A DNA stretch of 64,000 nucleotides from Squalus acanthias (lineage: Eukaryota). The notes under the pieces were generated by a model that was not told the origin of the DNA, searched no databases, and saw only the letters and a program-made list of their open reading frames with translations. Shown here one piece after another: positions 20,646 to 34,005 of this stretch. The translations under genes and the position numbers were made by a program. The stretch spans positions 101,930,001-101,994,000 of the forward strand of contig CM059432.1 of NCBI GenBank assembly GCA_030390025.1, read 5' to 3'. The number at the start of each line of letters is the position of its first letter. Position 1 is the stretch's first letter.

Positions 20646-23579
20646 ACACATGTATACAACACACACATGCACATGTATGTCCCTTTAACAAGCTGGCTGT
20701 GAACCTATGGTCTTGACAGCTTGGCTTCTATCCCTGGTAAGAAACATTTTGTTTGTACAAGCCTTCAGTGTTTGATGAGCATTAGCTCTTTCTTCTCCTA
20801 GCACTCAGTCTGACTACTGACTCAATTTTGAAGACACATTTAAGGCAATTCTTAGAGCACTTCTCTTACACACTCCTCATGAGCACTGGGTCAAGGAATT
20901 GCCTTCTAGTGTAATACTTTTGTCTTTTATTTACACCTATATACAGAGAATAATCAGAGAAAGGATACTGCTGGCATGCATGCAATTTTTTTCAACTAAA
21001 ATAATTGTTTTCTCCAATTTTGCCAAACCTTTTGAAGGTCTGATTTCTGAACAATAGACCCCAATGCCATGAGCTAGGGAATGGAAAAAAAGCATAATTT
21101 AAATAAACTCTCTGCTTGGTTTTCCCATATACAGGGAGCACCGAGTCACCTTCGGGCATTGGGAATTGATAAGCTTTTAAAAGGAGACAGCATTATTTTT
21201 TAGACAGCATGACTGAAGAAGCTTCTGGAACTATCCCCTTCAACAAAGAGAGCCTGGGGTTCTATTGGAGGCGGTAACCCTGAGGAAAGTGGCAATGCTT
21301 TGATCAGAGCTGATATACAGCAATTAAAGCAGGAGATATCTAATTGTGTGAATGGTGTCTCCTCAGTTCATTGCTCACAGGCGCAAATTAAAAATGGGCT
21401 CTGGGCTGAGTGCCAAGGAAAGGAAAACAAATTGGTTCCCATTAAGCCCATAATATGCAACCTGCAATACAGCCTACAAAACACTGGCCCATCTTTCACT
21501 TCTTAAACCTCCAAAATAACTGAAGCTGCACCTATAACTCTGTGACTGCCAAATGGAGAGCTTTCCTTACACTAGCACAGCTCAGACATGTTTTCATGTC
21601 AACTCACACTATGGCTCCTGGAACTTATTACATGCTCCCTGCTCATCTTTTCTACCAGATGGAATGTAGGCTTCTCGTTGCACTAACCCTCTTGTTAACT
21701 CCTAATGCTCAAAATATTCTTGGTTCTCTTCTCAGAAGACAAGGTTAACTGAATTGAAAATCAGTACCAGATCCTCAAGTCAGTTGAGTCAATGGAGTCA
21801 AATAATTCGAGTGGAGGCCACTGAGGGTGTGGGCGATGAAGAGCGTGGTAGCTTTGTGTCAGTGCAACAATATAAGAGTTCACCTTACCTTTGTCTTCAT
21901 GCTAGACCCGAAAACTTCATAAGTGACCAACAGGCAGCTATATCTGCCACTCTGCATCAAGGCACCATAGTGTCCTTGGCATTGTGTCCATCGCCATTGT
22001 CTATGTATCCTTCACCAATACATATTCCCTTTCTCTTTGTGCAAGGTTCTCCCAAGCTGAGGAAACTGGTAACAGGAAGGATCAGCATGCAGCCCCACTA
22101 TATTAGTCAAGCACTCAGACCCCACAAGTACCGATCTGGATACAACCACCATTTAGCACTGCCTACAAAACGTAAAGGGATTGTCAAGAACTGACGGAGT
22201 CGGTAGACTTATCGCCCCATTAACACCAGTGTTGAGCTGGCTCCAATCTAAAAGGGGCCTATCGCTGAGTGTCCAAAGCAACCGCCTGTTTCAGGTGATG
22301 TGCCCCTTTTAGTATGGAAATCATAATCCTATGATGTAACTAGGACCCTGATTGCCATTTTAGGCCGCAACTGATTGGAAGCTGCGTCATGCACACTCCA
22401 ACCAGTTCCATGGGCAATGGAACCAAAGAGGCCTGCCAAAGGTAAATGTTGAATTCTTTTTGTGTGCTCTGGAGGATCAGGAGTGCTCCGCTGGGGCTCA
22501 CAAAAATAATCTGCTTCGCTGGGAATCCCTCCTCCTTCGCGATCACAAACCTCACCCGCCCCCGCCACACCCCTACAACTTTCCTTGCCGGCGGCTGCCC
22601 TGGCCCGATCTTGAAGCCTCAATCCATGAGCTGCACCGGGACGCCAATCTGGCACCCCACAGCTTGTCTGCCAAGTTTAAACCAGGATGGGGTCTCAAAA
22701 TCGCAAGGGCCTCTTTGCTGCCAGAACAGGCAGCCGACCAGCACGCTCCGCCAGTTGGTTGGCCAAATATCAAACTCGACCCCAAAGACTTTTTCTTCCA
22801 GGAAATTGGGAGTTCAGTACTGTGTGCTCAGGCCTACTGGCCTAATTCAACAGATTGTACAGGTTGTTGCTGGCAAGGTGCTGCACCCTGAGTGCACCAC
22901 TATAGAATTGCCCCTCATACCCCAGCACAAGCCTTCAGGGGAAGAATAAGAGAAGGGAAAAACTTTTAGGAATCACTCAAACTGCAGCTCATTGTCTCTT
23001 TTGCAACTTTCCAATAATTGTCACAATAACATTTAATGCAAGTTGATAGTCTACAACACGGTCTCTTTAAGTGACTGAACTTTGCGTTCAGCATAGCACA
23101 GACATCTCTAGAAGCATTTTCAGTTCAATACAATGGAGCAAATATGTGACAATATATTAAAAAAAGCTAATTTCTGACAGCTTTCTTAACATCCCATTTA
23201 TTTCGAAAAGTAGAGGTTAAATTAGACTTGAAGTCTGGCAGCATCTGATGTCCAGATCACAGTGAAGACACAGTGGGGTAATTTTTAGACACCCCCCAAA
23301 GTAAACTGTCGGCAGGCCTATTGCCAAATGAAACCTCACAGTAATACTCATGTTTTCAGCTGATTTAATCTTGGACATCAGTACACATTACCGCATATAA
23401 GGTTTTATCAGCAAGTGTAATTTTCTGCTGTCAACAAGCGTATATTCATGCACAGCGAAAATAAATCACCCATTTAAATGTCCGATGAGAAAAAGTGTAA
23501 GTGGAACAAATCTGCCGATCGCAACGTTTCAGTACAAGGCACCCTTGTACACACAAATTAAAAATACTAGACAATGACT

Positions 23580-23702
23580 TCAGTGTTTTCTACATTACAA
23601 TGGTGGCTACACTTCAAAAAAAAAGTATTTCATTGGTTGTAAAGCGCTTTGGGATGTCCTGAGGTTGTGAAAGGTGCTATACAAATGCAAGTTCTTTCTT
23701 TA
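23580..23702 (+). mobile_element. SacSINE1-like tail
   Basis: CATTACAA..ACACTTCAAAA..GTAAAGCGCTTTGGGATGTCCTGAGG. Confidence 0.75.
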
Positions 23703-24394
23703 CTATAATCTAACCAAGGGGTTCAGATGATCATTGAAAATCGCTTTCTTATATAAATAGCCATTAAACACTATTAGAAATCACTTGAGCTCCACTCCTA
23801 CAGTCTTTGATCAAATCTGAAATTTTTAATTAGATAACATCCCTGCACCTTAATTTTTACTATATATCTGCATAGCTAATTAAACAGATCAATCTATTTT
23901 AACTAATTAATGCAGCACAGCATATCAGTACAGTCAGTCAAGCATTCAGGAATCTAACAGCTAACATCCATGGTTTGTTAAGAACACCTATAGTTGAACT
24001 TTAAATGGATCCGCTAATGAGATTGCTGTTGAGTGCTGTATTCTTCAGGGGCGACTGTAGGAACGGCAGATTCGTAAGCAAACAAAAATCAGACAACCAT
24101 GAAGGATGTGCGTTAATAATCTTTTCCTGCTTCTGAAGTGACTAACAAGCAGCTTGACAAAATCTTCTTAAAGTCGAAGGGCCTCAAATTCTGGGGTCCC
24201 AGGCCCTGCTGCCCAAACTGCAGTGGAGTGGGACTTCTCGCAGCCACTGTATCCTAGAGTTGAACCTATCCCAAATCGTGGGGACAGTCATTTAAATAGT
24301 AGAGCAGGTGACCTGCGCCTGTATGGGCTCATTACTGCTGCCTGATTCGACTGCCTGGCAGAAAATGGGAGCAGCACCATACTGCTCCTCCAAC

Positions 24395-25305
24395 TCTGCC
24401 CTCTTGAGCATCCCTGATTATAATCACTCAACCATTGGCGGCTGTGCCTTCAGCCGCCTAGTCCCTTAGCTCTGGAATTCCCTCCCTAAACCTCTCTGCC
24501 TCTCAACTGTAGCTGTAGCTGTACAGGGCCTTGGTGAGACCACACCTTGAGTATTGTGTGCAGTTTTGGTCACCTTATCTGAGGAAGGATGTTCTTGCCA
24601 TGGAGGGTGTGCAGCGAAGATTCACCAGACTGATACCTGGGATGGCAGGAATGACGTATGAAGAGAGATTGGGTCAATTAGGCTTATATTCTCTAGAGTT
24701 TAGAAGAATGAGAGGGGTTCTCATTGAAACTTATAAAATCTAAGAGGACTAGACAGACTGGATGCAGGAAGGATGTTCCCGATGGCGGGTGAGTCCAGAA
24801 CAAGAGGTCACAGTCTAAGGATAAGGGGTAAGCCATTTAGGACAGAGATGACGAGGAACTTCTTCACCCAGAGAGTGGTGAACCTGTGGAATTCTCTACC
24901 ACAGAAGGCAGTTGAGGCCAAGTCAGTAAATATATTCAAGAAGGAGTTAGATATATTTCTTAAGGCTAAAGGGATCAAGGGATATGGGGAGAAGGCAGGG
25001 ACAGGGTACTGAGTTTGGATGATCAGCCATGATCTCATCGAATGGCGGAGCAGGCTCGAGGGGCCGAATGGCCTACTCCTGCTCCTATCTTCTATGTTTC
25101 TATGTTTCTATAACCTCTTTTTCCTCCTTTAAGACGCTCCTTAAAACCAACCTTGTTGACCAAGCTTCTGGTCATCTGCCCTAATTTCACCTTATGTGGC
25201 TCGGTGTCAAATTTTCTGTATTATAGCACTCCTGTGAAGTATCTTGGGATGTTTAACTATGTTAAAGGCGCTATATAAATACAAATTGTTGTTGTTGCTG
25301 TTGTT
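24395..25305 (+). mobile_element. L2 LINE 3' end, split by CR1
   Basis: ACCATTGGCGGCTGTGCCTTCAGC..CTCTGGAATTCCCTCCC; resumes CCTCCTTTAAGACGCTCCTTAAAACC; (TTG)n tail. Confidence 0.8.
24518..25110 (+). mobile_element. CR1 LINE 3' end
   Basis: [35 protein letters not shown], (TTTCTATG)n tail. Confidence 0.92.
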
Positions 25306-26166
25306 GCTCCAATAGAGCAGTGTAAGGTGCTTATCAAGCTGAAGAGGCGAATTAAATATTTAGTTCTTTGCCCCAAAAGAAAACCAGGGCCTGCCTTCTA
25401 AATGTAATTGGCCCCCTCTGCGATCAATTAGCTTTGCTGTGAAGCACTTTTGGGGCATTGGGATGCTCAGTGAGGAACTCAGACCAATTCACAACTCGGC
25501 TGGCTTCTGCTAGGCCTAAGGAGGCTGCAATTCACTGCATACCCAGGGATGCCACTGGATATGCCCCCCAATGCTGTCTGGGCAGGCCGAAGACTCATCT
25601 GCCCTACCACTCGGAATTTGGGATAAAACTTACACAGGGTGGACGCCCAGCAGATTCAGGTTCCTGGCACCTTGCAGGCGATCTGCCAGAGTTGTGCCCT
25701 CCCTCACCCCAGGAGTTTTGGCCCCCAAGATTGAAACTGTAAAGTGTAGAATTGTGGTTAAAAATGACTCATTGGAACTAATGCACTTCCATTTGCTTGC
25801 TTTTATTTTAGTACCCACGGGTGACTTCAGTCCATAACAATTTTGATTTTTATAGATTAATATCTGTCAATTTCTGTCAGTTTGTCATTAATCTGTAGTC
25901 TGAAGTGCTACTCCTTCAACTGAAGGAACACTTAGTAGTGTGGCACATTCAGGACCGGCAGGGAAAAATTCACAACACACAAGGGGAAAAACAGAGCAGG
26001 AAAATACATTAAACACATGCACTACTAGCAATGCTGAGATTAATTAATTTCACCATTATTATATTCTAACCAAGTCATTTTAAATTCAAAGTGCAGAAAA
26101 TAGTGCTGACTACCTAAAAGGCCAAAGAAAAGCATGCAAAATATAGAGGAGGTAAACAGTAGTAAT

Positions 26167-29100
26167 TTTTTATTCGTTCATGGGAGGTGGGTGTCACTAG
26201 CAAGGCCAGCATTTATTACCCATCCCTAATTGCCCTTGTGAAAGTGGTGGTGAGTTGCCTTCTTGAACTGCTGCAGTCCTTGTGGTGAAGGTACTCCCAT
26301 AGTGCTGTTAGGGAGGGAGTTCCAGGATTTTGACCCAGCGACGATGAAGAAACAACGATATATTTCCAAGTCAGGATGGTGTGCGACTTGGAGGGGAACT
26401 TGGAAGTGGTGGTGTTCCCATGCGCCTTCTGCCCTTGTCCTTCTAGATGGTAGAGGTTACAGGTTTGGGAGGTGCTGTCGAAGAAGCCTTGGCGAGTTGC
26501 TGCAGTGCATCTTGTAGATGGTACACACCACAGCCACAGTGCGCCGGTTGTGGAGGGAGTGAATGTTTAAGGTGGTGGATGGGGTGCCAATCAAGTGGGC
26601 AGCTTTGTCCTGGATGGTGTCGAGCTTCCTGAGTGTTGTTGGACATGCACTCATTCAGGCAAGTGGAGAGTATTCCATCACACTCCTGACTTGTGCCTTG
26701 TAGATAGTGGAAAGGCTTTGGGGAGTCAGGAGGTGAGACACTTGCCATGCGGCATTCGGCAATGGTAATGCCGTTGAATGTCAAGGGGCGGTGGTTAGAC
26801 TCTCTCTTGTTGGAGATAGTCATTGCCTGGCACTTGTGTGTCGTGAATGTTACTTGCCACTTATCAGCCCAAGCCTGAATGCCATCCAGGTCTTGCTGCA
26901 TGAGGGCACGGACTGCTTCATTATCTGAGGAGTTGCGAATTGAACTGAACACTGCAATAATCAGTGAAAATCCCCATTTCTGACCTTTTAGAAACATAGA
27001 AACATAGAAATTAGGAGCAGGAGTAGGCCATTCGGCCCGTCGAGCCTGCTCCACCATTCAATACGATCATGGCTGATCATCCAAATCCAGTACCCTGTCC
27101 CTGCTCTCTCACACAGAATCCCCATCGAGCCTGCACCGACACATATCCCACCCTATCCCCGTAACCCCACGTATTTAATTCCCCCTAACATATCCCTTCC
27201 TATCCTATCCCCGTAACCCCACATATTTAATCCCCCCCTAACACTAAGGGTCAATTTATCATAGCCAAATCAACCTAACCCGCACATTTTTGGACTGTGG
27301 GAGGAAACCGGAGCACCCGGAGGAAACCCACGCAGACACGGGGAGAATGAGCAAACTCCACACAGACAGTCACCCGAGGCCAGATTCGAACCCGGGTCCC
27401 TGGCGCTGTGAGGCACCAGTGCTAACCACTATGCCACCGTGTTGCCCTGTTGGAGAGAAGGTCATTGATAAAGAAGCTGAAGGTGGTTGGGCCTAGGACA
27501 CTGCCCTGAGGACCTCCTGCAGCGATGTCCTGGAGCTGAAATGATTGACCTCCAACAATGACAGCCATCTTCCTTTGTGCTAGGTATGACTCCAGCCAAT
27601 GGAGATTTTTCCCCCTGATTGCCAATGATTTCAATTTTACTAGGACTCCTTGATGCCACACTCGGTCAAATGCTGCCTTGATGTCAAGGGCAGTCACTCC
27701 CACCTCACCTCTGGAATTCAGCTCCTTTGTCCATGTTTGGACCAAGGCTGTAATGAGGTCTGGAGCCGAGTGGTCTTGGCGGAATCGGTGATCAGGTTAG
27801 TGGTGAGTAAGTGCCACTTGATAGCACTGTTGAGGACACCTTCCATCACTTTGCTGATGATTGAAAGTGGACTGATGGGGCGGTAATTGGTCGGATTGGA
27901 TTTGTCCTTTTTGTGGACAGAAACTGCCTGGGCAATTTTCCACATTGTCCAATAGATGCCAGTGCTGTACTTGTACTGTAACAGCTTGGCTAGGGGACCA
28001 GCTAGTTCTGGAGCACAAGTCTTCAGCACGAAAGCCGGGATGTTGTCGGGACCCATAGCCTTTGCTGTATCCAGTGCACTCTGCCATTTCTTGATATCAC
28101 GTGGAGTGAATCGAATTGGCTGAAGACTGGCTTCTGTGATAGTCGGGACCTCAGGAGGAGGCCAAGATGGATCATCCACTTGGCACTTCTGGCTGAAAAT
28201 GTTGGCAAACGCTTCAGCCGTGGCTTCAGAACTCACGTGCTGGGCTCCACCATCATTGAGGTGGGGTGTTTATGGAGCCTCCTCCTCCCGTTAGTTGTTT
28301 TATTGTCCACCACCATTCATGACTGGATGTGGCAGGACTGCAGAGCTTTGATCTGATCCGTTGGTTTTGGGATTGCTTAGCTCTGTCAATAGCATGCTAT
28401 TTCCACTGTTTAGCATGCATGTAGCCCTGTTTTGTTGCTTCACCAGGTCGGTATTCATTTTTAGGTATGCCTGGTGCTGCTCCTGGCATGCTCTTCTACA
28501 CTCCTCATTGAAACAGGTTTAGTCCCCTGGCTTGATGGTAATGGTAGAGTGAGTGATATGCCAGGTCATGAGGTTACAGATTGTGGTAGAATACAATTCT
28601 GCTGCTGCTGATGGCCCACAGGGCCTCATGGATGCCCAGTTTTGAGCTGCTAGAGCCGGTCGTGCCACACAACATGATGGAGAGTATTCTCAGTGTGAAG
28701 ACGATACTTCATCTCCACAATGACTGTGCGGTGGTCACTCCTACCAGTACTGTCATGGACACTTGCATCTGCGACAGGTAGATTGATGAGGATGAGGTCA
28801 AGTAGGTTTTTCCCCTCGTTCTCTCACCACAGGCTCAGTCTGGCAGTTATGTTCTTCAGGACACACCCAGCTCAGTCAGTAGTGGTGCTACCGAGCCACT
28901 CTTGGTGATGAATATTTAAGTCCCCACCCAGATTACATTCTGTGTCCTTACTACCCTCTGCTTCTTCCAAGTGGTGTTCAACATGGTGGAGTAATGATTC
29001 ATCAGCTGGGGGGAGCGGAGGTGGGGGGCAGTAGATGGTAATCAGGAGGAGATTTCCTTGCCCATGTTTGACCTGATGCCATGAGACTTCATGGGGTCCG

Positions 29101-29764
29101 GAGTCAATGTTGAGGACTCCTAGGGCCACTTCCTCCCAACTATATACCACTGTGCCACCATCTCTGGTTGGTCTGTCCTGCCAGTGGGACAGAACATACC
29201 CAGGAATGGTAATGGAGGAGTCTGGGACATTGGCTGAAAGGTATGATTCTATGAGTATGACTATGTCAGGCTGTTGCTTGACTAGTCTGTGGGACAGCTG
29301 TCCCAATTTTGGCACAAGTGCCCAGATGTTAGTGAGGAGCACTTTGCAGGGTTGACTGAGCTGGGTGTGCCTTTGTCATGTCCGGTGCCTAGGTTGATGC
29401 CGGGTGGTCCGTCCAGTTTTATTGTTTATATACTTCATTGTAGCAGTTTGGTACAACTGAATGACGTGCTAAGCCATATCAGAGGGCAGTTAAGAGTCAA
29501 CCACATTGTGGGTCTGGAGTCACATATAGACCAGACCAGTTAAGGACGGCAGATTTCCTTCCCTAAAGGACATTAGTGAACCAGATGGGTTTTTACGACA
29601 ATCCGGTAGTTTCATGGTCACCATTACTGATACTAGCTTTTTATTCCAGATTTATTAATTGAATTTAATTTCCCCAGCTGCCATGGTGAGATTTGAACTC
29701 AAGTCTCCAAATTATTAGTCCAGTCCTTTGGATTACTAGTCCAGTAACATAACCACAATGCTAC
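26167..29764 (-). mobile_element. Near full-length CR1-group LINE (tRNA-like head, AP endonuclease, RT, 3' tail), decayed
   Basis: Endonuclease QPDIVILIESYL..GDLNIH; RT NYRPISPLS and ALDIKAAFDRVWH; candidate TSD TAGTAAT/TGGTAAT. Confidence 0.9.
27113..27447 (-). mobile_element. HE1-type V-SINE (next to a CR1 tail at ~26990-27110)
   Basis: V-domain GGAAACCGGAGCACCCGGAGGAAACCCACGCAGACACGGGGAGAA and tRNA-like head. Confidence 0.9.
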
Positions 29765-30294
29765 TGGTAATGTCTCAAAGAAATTAATATTATCTTGAGC
29801 CCTCCCGTGATCTCTATAATTGTACATTGAAACCCTTAGAATCTGACTCCCTGCATGCAATGCAGCAGGTTCTTGCAATAATGCATGGAGTGGGGTGGAT
29901 GGTGATAAAGGTTCCAGTAAAGCCGTTAATGGAATGCTACATGGGGAAGTAATCATTCTCTGTGGATGTCTGGAAAGTTTATGTGTATAAAAGTTGAAGA
30001 CAGTGATGGTATTCCAGATGGTTGACTGTCCCTGCAGGTCTTCATGGACCAGGTAGTGTGTCTTAGTCACAACCTCCTTGCTGAACCCTGAGCTTACTCG
30101 AGCCTTGCTCATCCACTATTCCCATGTAGCTGACTCTTGCAGTAGATTCCCGAGGTAGTCCCTCCTGCAACTTGTGAACTTGTGGCTCCTGGATCTCCCT
30201 CTCCTCCTTCACTATGGTATACCATATGATGTTTTCCATATCCATGCTCCCACTGCTCTCCTGTAACTGACAATTCTTTTGCATTTGTAAGAAC

Positions 30295-30845
30295 AAACAG
30301 AATTGCATTTACACAGCATCTTACTACATCTCAAAGCACTTCACATCTAATGAATTACTTTGATGAGTAACTTGTTATGTAGTCAAATGTAGCAGCCAAG
30401 TTTGACAGAGCAAATTGAAGGAAGAATATTAGCCAGAATACCAGGAGAACTCTCTGTTCTTCAAACATTTTTAACATCCAAATGGACATAAGAACATAAG
30501 AAATAGGAGTAGGAGTAGACCCTACGGCCCCTTAAGGCCTGCTCCGCCATTCAATAAGATCATGGCTGATCATCAACCTCAACTCCACTTTCCCGCCCTA
30601 TCCCCATATCCCTTGATTTCCTTAGTGTCCAAAAATCTATAAATCTCTGTCTTGAATATACTCAATGCCTGAGCATCTCACAACCCTGATATGCAGTTAC
30701 AACTTGGGTTTAACATCTCCAACAATGTTGCAATCTCTTAGTACTGCACTGAAGTGTCAACCTAAATTATGTAATCAAATCCAATACTAAGGCTCCAACC
30801 AACAACCTTTTGATTCAAAGGTATTACCAACTAAGCCATGCTGAC
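30295..30845 (-). mobile_element. Decayed SacSINE1-like SINE interrupted by a CR1 tail (~30487-30680)
   Basis: Colinear with 20187-20645; ACATAAGAACATAAGAAATAGGAG CR1 tail. Confidence 0.7.
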
Positions 30846-32315
30846 ACTCTGAAAACTTCGAGTGCAGAAATTGTTCACCTTTCATTATAGTTCCATAGCT
30901 GTGCAATGCTACACTAGTTACTCATTCATGACAAGTCAATTGTCTTTTCCAACTTTTTATAAATTCTTTTTGAGACGCAGGATCCTCAAAGCATGGACAC
31001 TTAACCAATATCACTTTGCTCATCATTCCCTCATTCTTTGCACACATTGCTTTTTTGTGATCCTTCCATCATGAACAGAGAAATGTTGGCCCCCTAATCT
31101 ATTCAGAAAACTGGCATATAGAAGCTCAAGGACAGACAGTCTCACAAATTGACCCAACATGGTTATATTTTAAAATTCACAAAAGTCAATTTAATTATGT
31201 TGCAATGTGTCCTTGCATGTCAGTTAGGTTTTCTGGGAAGTCTCATGTGCAAGAAAAGGGACTTTTGTTGCTTGTAATTTTTGATAGATTCAGGATAAAG
31301 GAAGTCTGACAAAGGACTAAATTGTATTATCACAGCTTGCATCAGCACTGATCCTGACACAAAGGCCAATTTGTTACACCGTGAAACTAAAAATCAATTT
31401 TATTCAGTGACACAAAGAGGAAGTTAGCACTGTAGGATGAATAATAAAGCCCTCATTTAATTCTATTTGTGGAATGCATTCACAATGGGGTAGCAGGAAT
31501 TATGGCCGGGCACTGCAATAAACTCACAAAATATAAGAATCTTAAGAAGTTGGGTCTCTCCTCTGTTTCCATTCCTTCAAAGGAAAGACAGGCTTTGTTT
31601 GTTCCAAACATGATTCAGCACTATTAGGTTGCATTATTTTAAAATTTTAAACATAGGTGACAGTTGCTAGCTCCACAGTATGCCACTTGAAAGAGATGTT
31701 ATAACTTGTCCTCAACTAAATCCTTTTTACTGCCATCAAATCTATTTATTTCCCTATGCTGCAAGTGTCACATTGTTTACTTTCATCTCCCTATCCTGTT
31801 CTGTAAATATTGTCACGATCCAGATATCATGTACCAGTACTAATGGAACAGGGGTTGAAATACTGAGTGCAGATTTAGCTTGTCAATTAGAAGCACGGTA
31901 TTGAAGTAATGCTGCTGGGATTATAGCAGAAATATTAATACAGTTAAAATTTTGTCCCAATTCTCAAAATTACTTATCCTTAAGTGCGAGAAATCTAATT
32001 TAAATAGGCTCTATGATCAAAAAGATAATCTTTAATTACAGAACTTATATTAAATGTTTAATTTTGCAACACTGTATGCAGCAGGGATGTACAACAATTT
32101 GCCAAACAGATTTATGATTTCATGTGGGTGGTTACTGATCTCAGTTAACCTTGCTGGAGACCATTTCTTCTGAGAGAGGATGTAAAACCTGAACAGCAAG
32201 GTGGCCCATGCCAATGTTATTGCACCTTTCAGAAACCTATTTAAGAGCAACAGATTCTCTGCCTATCTTCTTGACCAGAGAATGCCAAATAACACGGGGA
32301 CACTTATGGGTTGTA

Positions 32316-33675
32316 ATCCTCTGTCGTTGAATTACAGTATGCAGACGACGCTTGCGTCTGCGCACACTCGGAGGTCGAACTCCAAACCATCGTCAACACC
32401 TTCACCGAAGTGTACGAGATCATGGGCCTTACACTAAACATCCGTAGATCGGAGGACCTCCTCATAGGACTGCTCCTGGGCCTGGCCAAAGTTGCCATTA
32501 ACTGGTCCAGGCAGCGGGCAGTCGAGGGGGTCGTTCGGCCCGATTGCCTGCCTCTCTTCCGTGGCCATGTTCGCGCCCGGGTGGCCCTGGAGATGGAGCA
32601 CGCAGTGTCCGCCGGCACGCTTGAGGCCTTCCGCGACCGGTGGGTGCCGCGGGGACTGGAGTGCATCATCACCCCAGCCAACAAAATTTTAATTTAATTT
32701 GTTAAGTTTTATTTAAAGTTATTTTTGTTACAGTCCATTAATCACCCCATCAGAAAGAGTACACTAAACATCCGTAAGACAAAGGTCCTCTACCAACCTG
32801 CCCCCGCCACACAGCACTGCCCCCCAATTATCAAAATCCACGACAAGGCCTTGGACAACGTGGACCACTTTCCATACCTCAGGAGCCTACTGTCAACAAG
32901 GGCAGACGTCGATGACGAAGTCCAACACCGCCTTCAGTGTGCCAGTGCAGTCTTCGGTCGCCTGAGGAAGAGAGTGTTTGAAGACCAGGACCTCAAACTC
33001 GACACCAAGCTCATGGTCTACAGAGCAGTAGTGATACCTGCCCTCCTGTATGCCTCAGAGACATGGACCATTTACAGCAGGCACCTCAAAGCACTGGAGA
33101 GGTACCACCAATGCTGCCTCCACAAGATCCTGCAAATCCATTGGCAGGATAGGCACACCAACGTCAGTGTTCTCGCTCAGGCCAACATTCCCAGCATCGA
33201 AGCTTTGAGCACGCTCGATCAGCTTCGATGGACGGGTCACATCTTCCGCATGCCTGATACGAGACTCCCAAAGCAAGCGCTCTACTCGGAGCTCCGGCAC
33301 GGCAAGAGAGCCACAGGTGGGCAGAGGAAACGCTTCAAGGACACCCTCAAAGCCTCCTTGAAAAAGTGCAACATCCCCACCGACACCTGGGAATCCCTGG
33401 CCCAAGACCGCACAAAGTGGAGAAGCATCCGGGAAGGCGCCGAACACCTCGAGTCTCTTCGCCGGGAGCAAGCGGAAGCCAAGCGCAAGCAGCACAAGGA
33501 GCGCTCGTCAACCCAAGCACCCCACCCACCTACCCCTTCAACCACCGTCTGCCCCACCTGTGACAGAGACTGTAGTTCCCACATTGGACTCATCAGTCAC
33601 CTGAGAACTCATTTTTAATGTGGAAGCAAGTCATCCTCGGTTCCGAGGGACTGCCTAAGACAGAGAGAGAGGGAG
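32316..33675 (+). mobile_element. RTE-clade LINE, 5'-truncated (RT C-terminal part)
   Basis: ELQYADDACV, VDHFPYL, LLYASETWT, QLRWTGH, GGQRKRFKDTLK, C2H2-like CPTCDRDCSSHIGLISH, GA-rich tail. Confidence 0.92.
32447..32759 (+). mobile_element. Tx1/L1-clade LINE 3' end nested in the RTE
   Basis: LLLGLAKVAINWSR..FRDRW C-terminus; 17-bp TSD TACACTAAACATCCGTA (32430-32446 and 32760-32776). Confidence 0.85.
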
Positions 33676-34005
33676 AATCACGTTTTGCAAGATTAGTAAC
33701 AGGCTCACTATCAAGCTCATACATAATTCCCATGTCTGCAATTTTATCAAAGGTGTTAACCTATTTAATTTAATTGCATTAACACCCTTTTTAAAATAGC
33801 AGACAGAGGCATTTCATAGGACCCAATTAACACCTTGGTCACTAGTATTGCACAGCACCGTTTGACTAAACTAAGGGAGCAGGAAGAATGCTGAAATAAG
33901 AACTTTTAATCTAGAAAGAAGAAGAAAAAGTGCACGTGCTGGAAATCTGAATTAAAAGTACAAATTCTGGAAGTAAACAGCTGGTTGAGAGAAAAGGTGC
34001 TTAAT

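Larger units (their letters stand above)
24180..25726. mobile_element. Decayed Harbinger-type MITE hosting nested L2 and CR1 copies
   Basis: Imperfect ends GGCCTCAAATTCTGGGG / CCCCAGGAGTTTTGGCCC, possible TSD AAG. Confidence 0.45.

Noticed and set aside
21889..22056. Minus-strand exon-like segment with a good AAG|GTAAGG donor
   Set aside because: Stops in all three frames; at most a non-coding exon
29780..30290. Possible minus-strand exon or ORFs
   Set aside because: Not recognisable and no consistent frame or splice support; may be an ancient repeat
33935..34000. Another copy of the PLE fold-back arm
   Set aside because: Too decayed and has no hammerhead core
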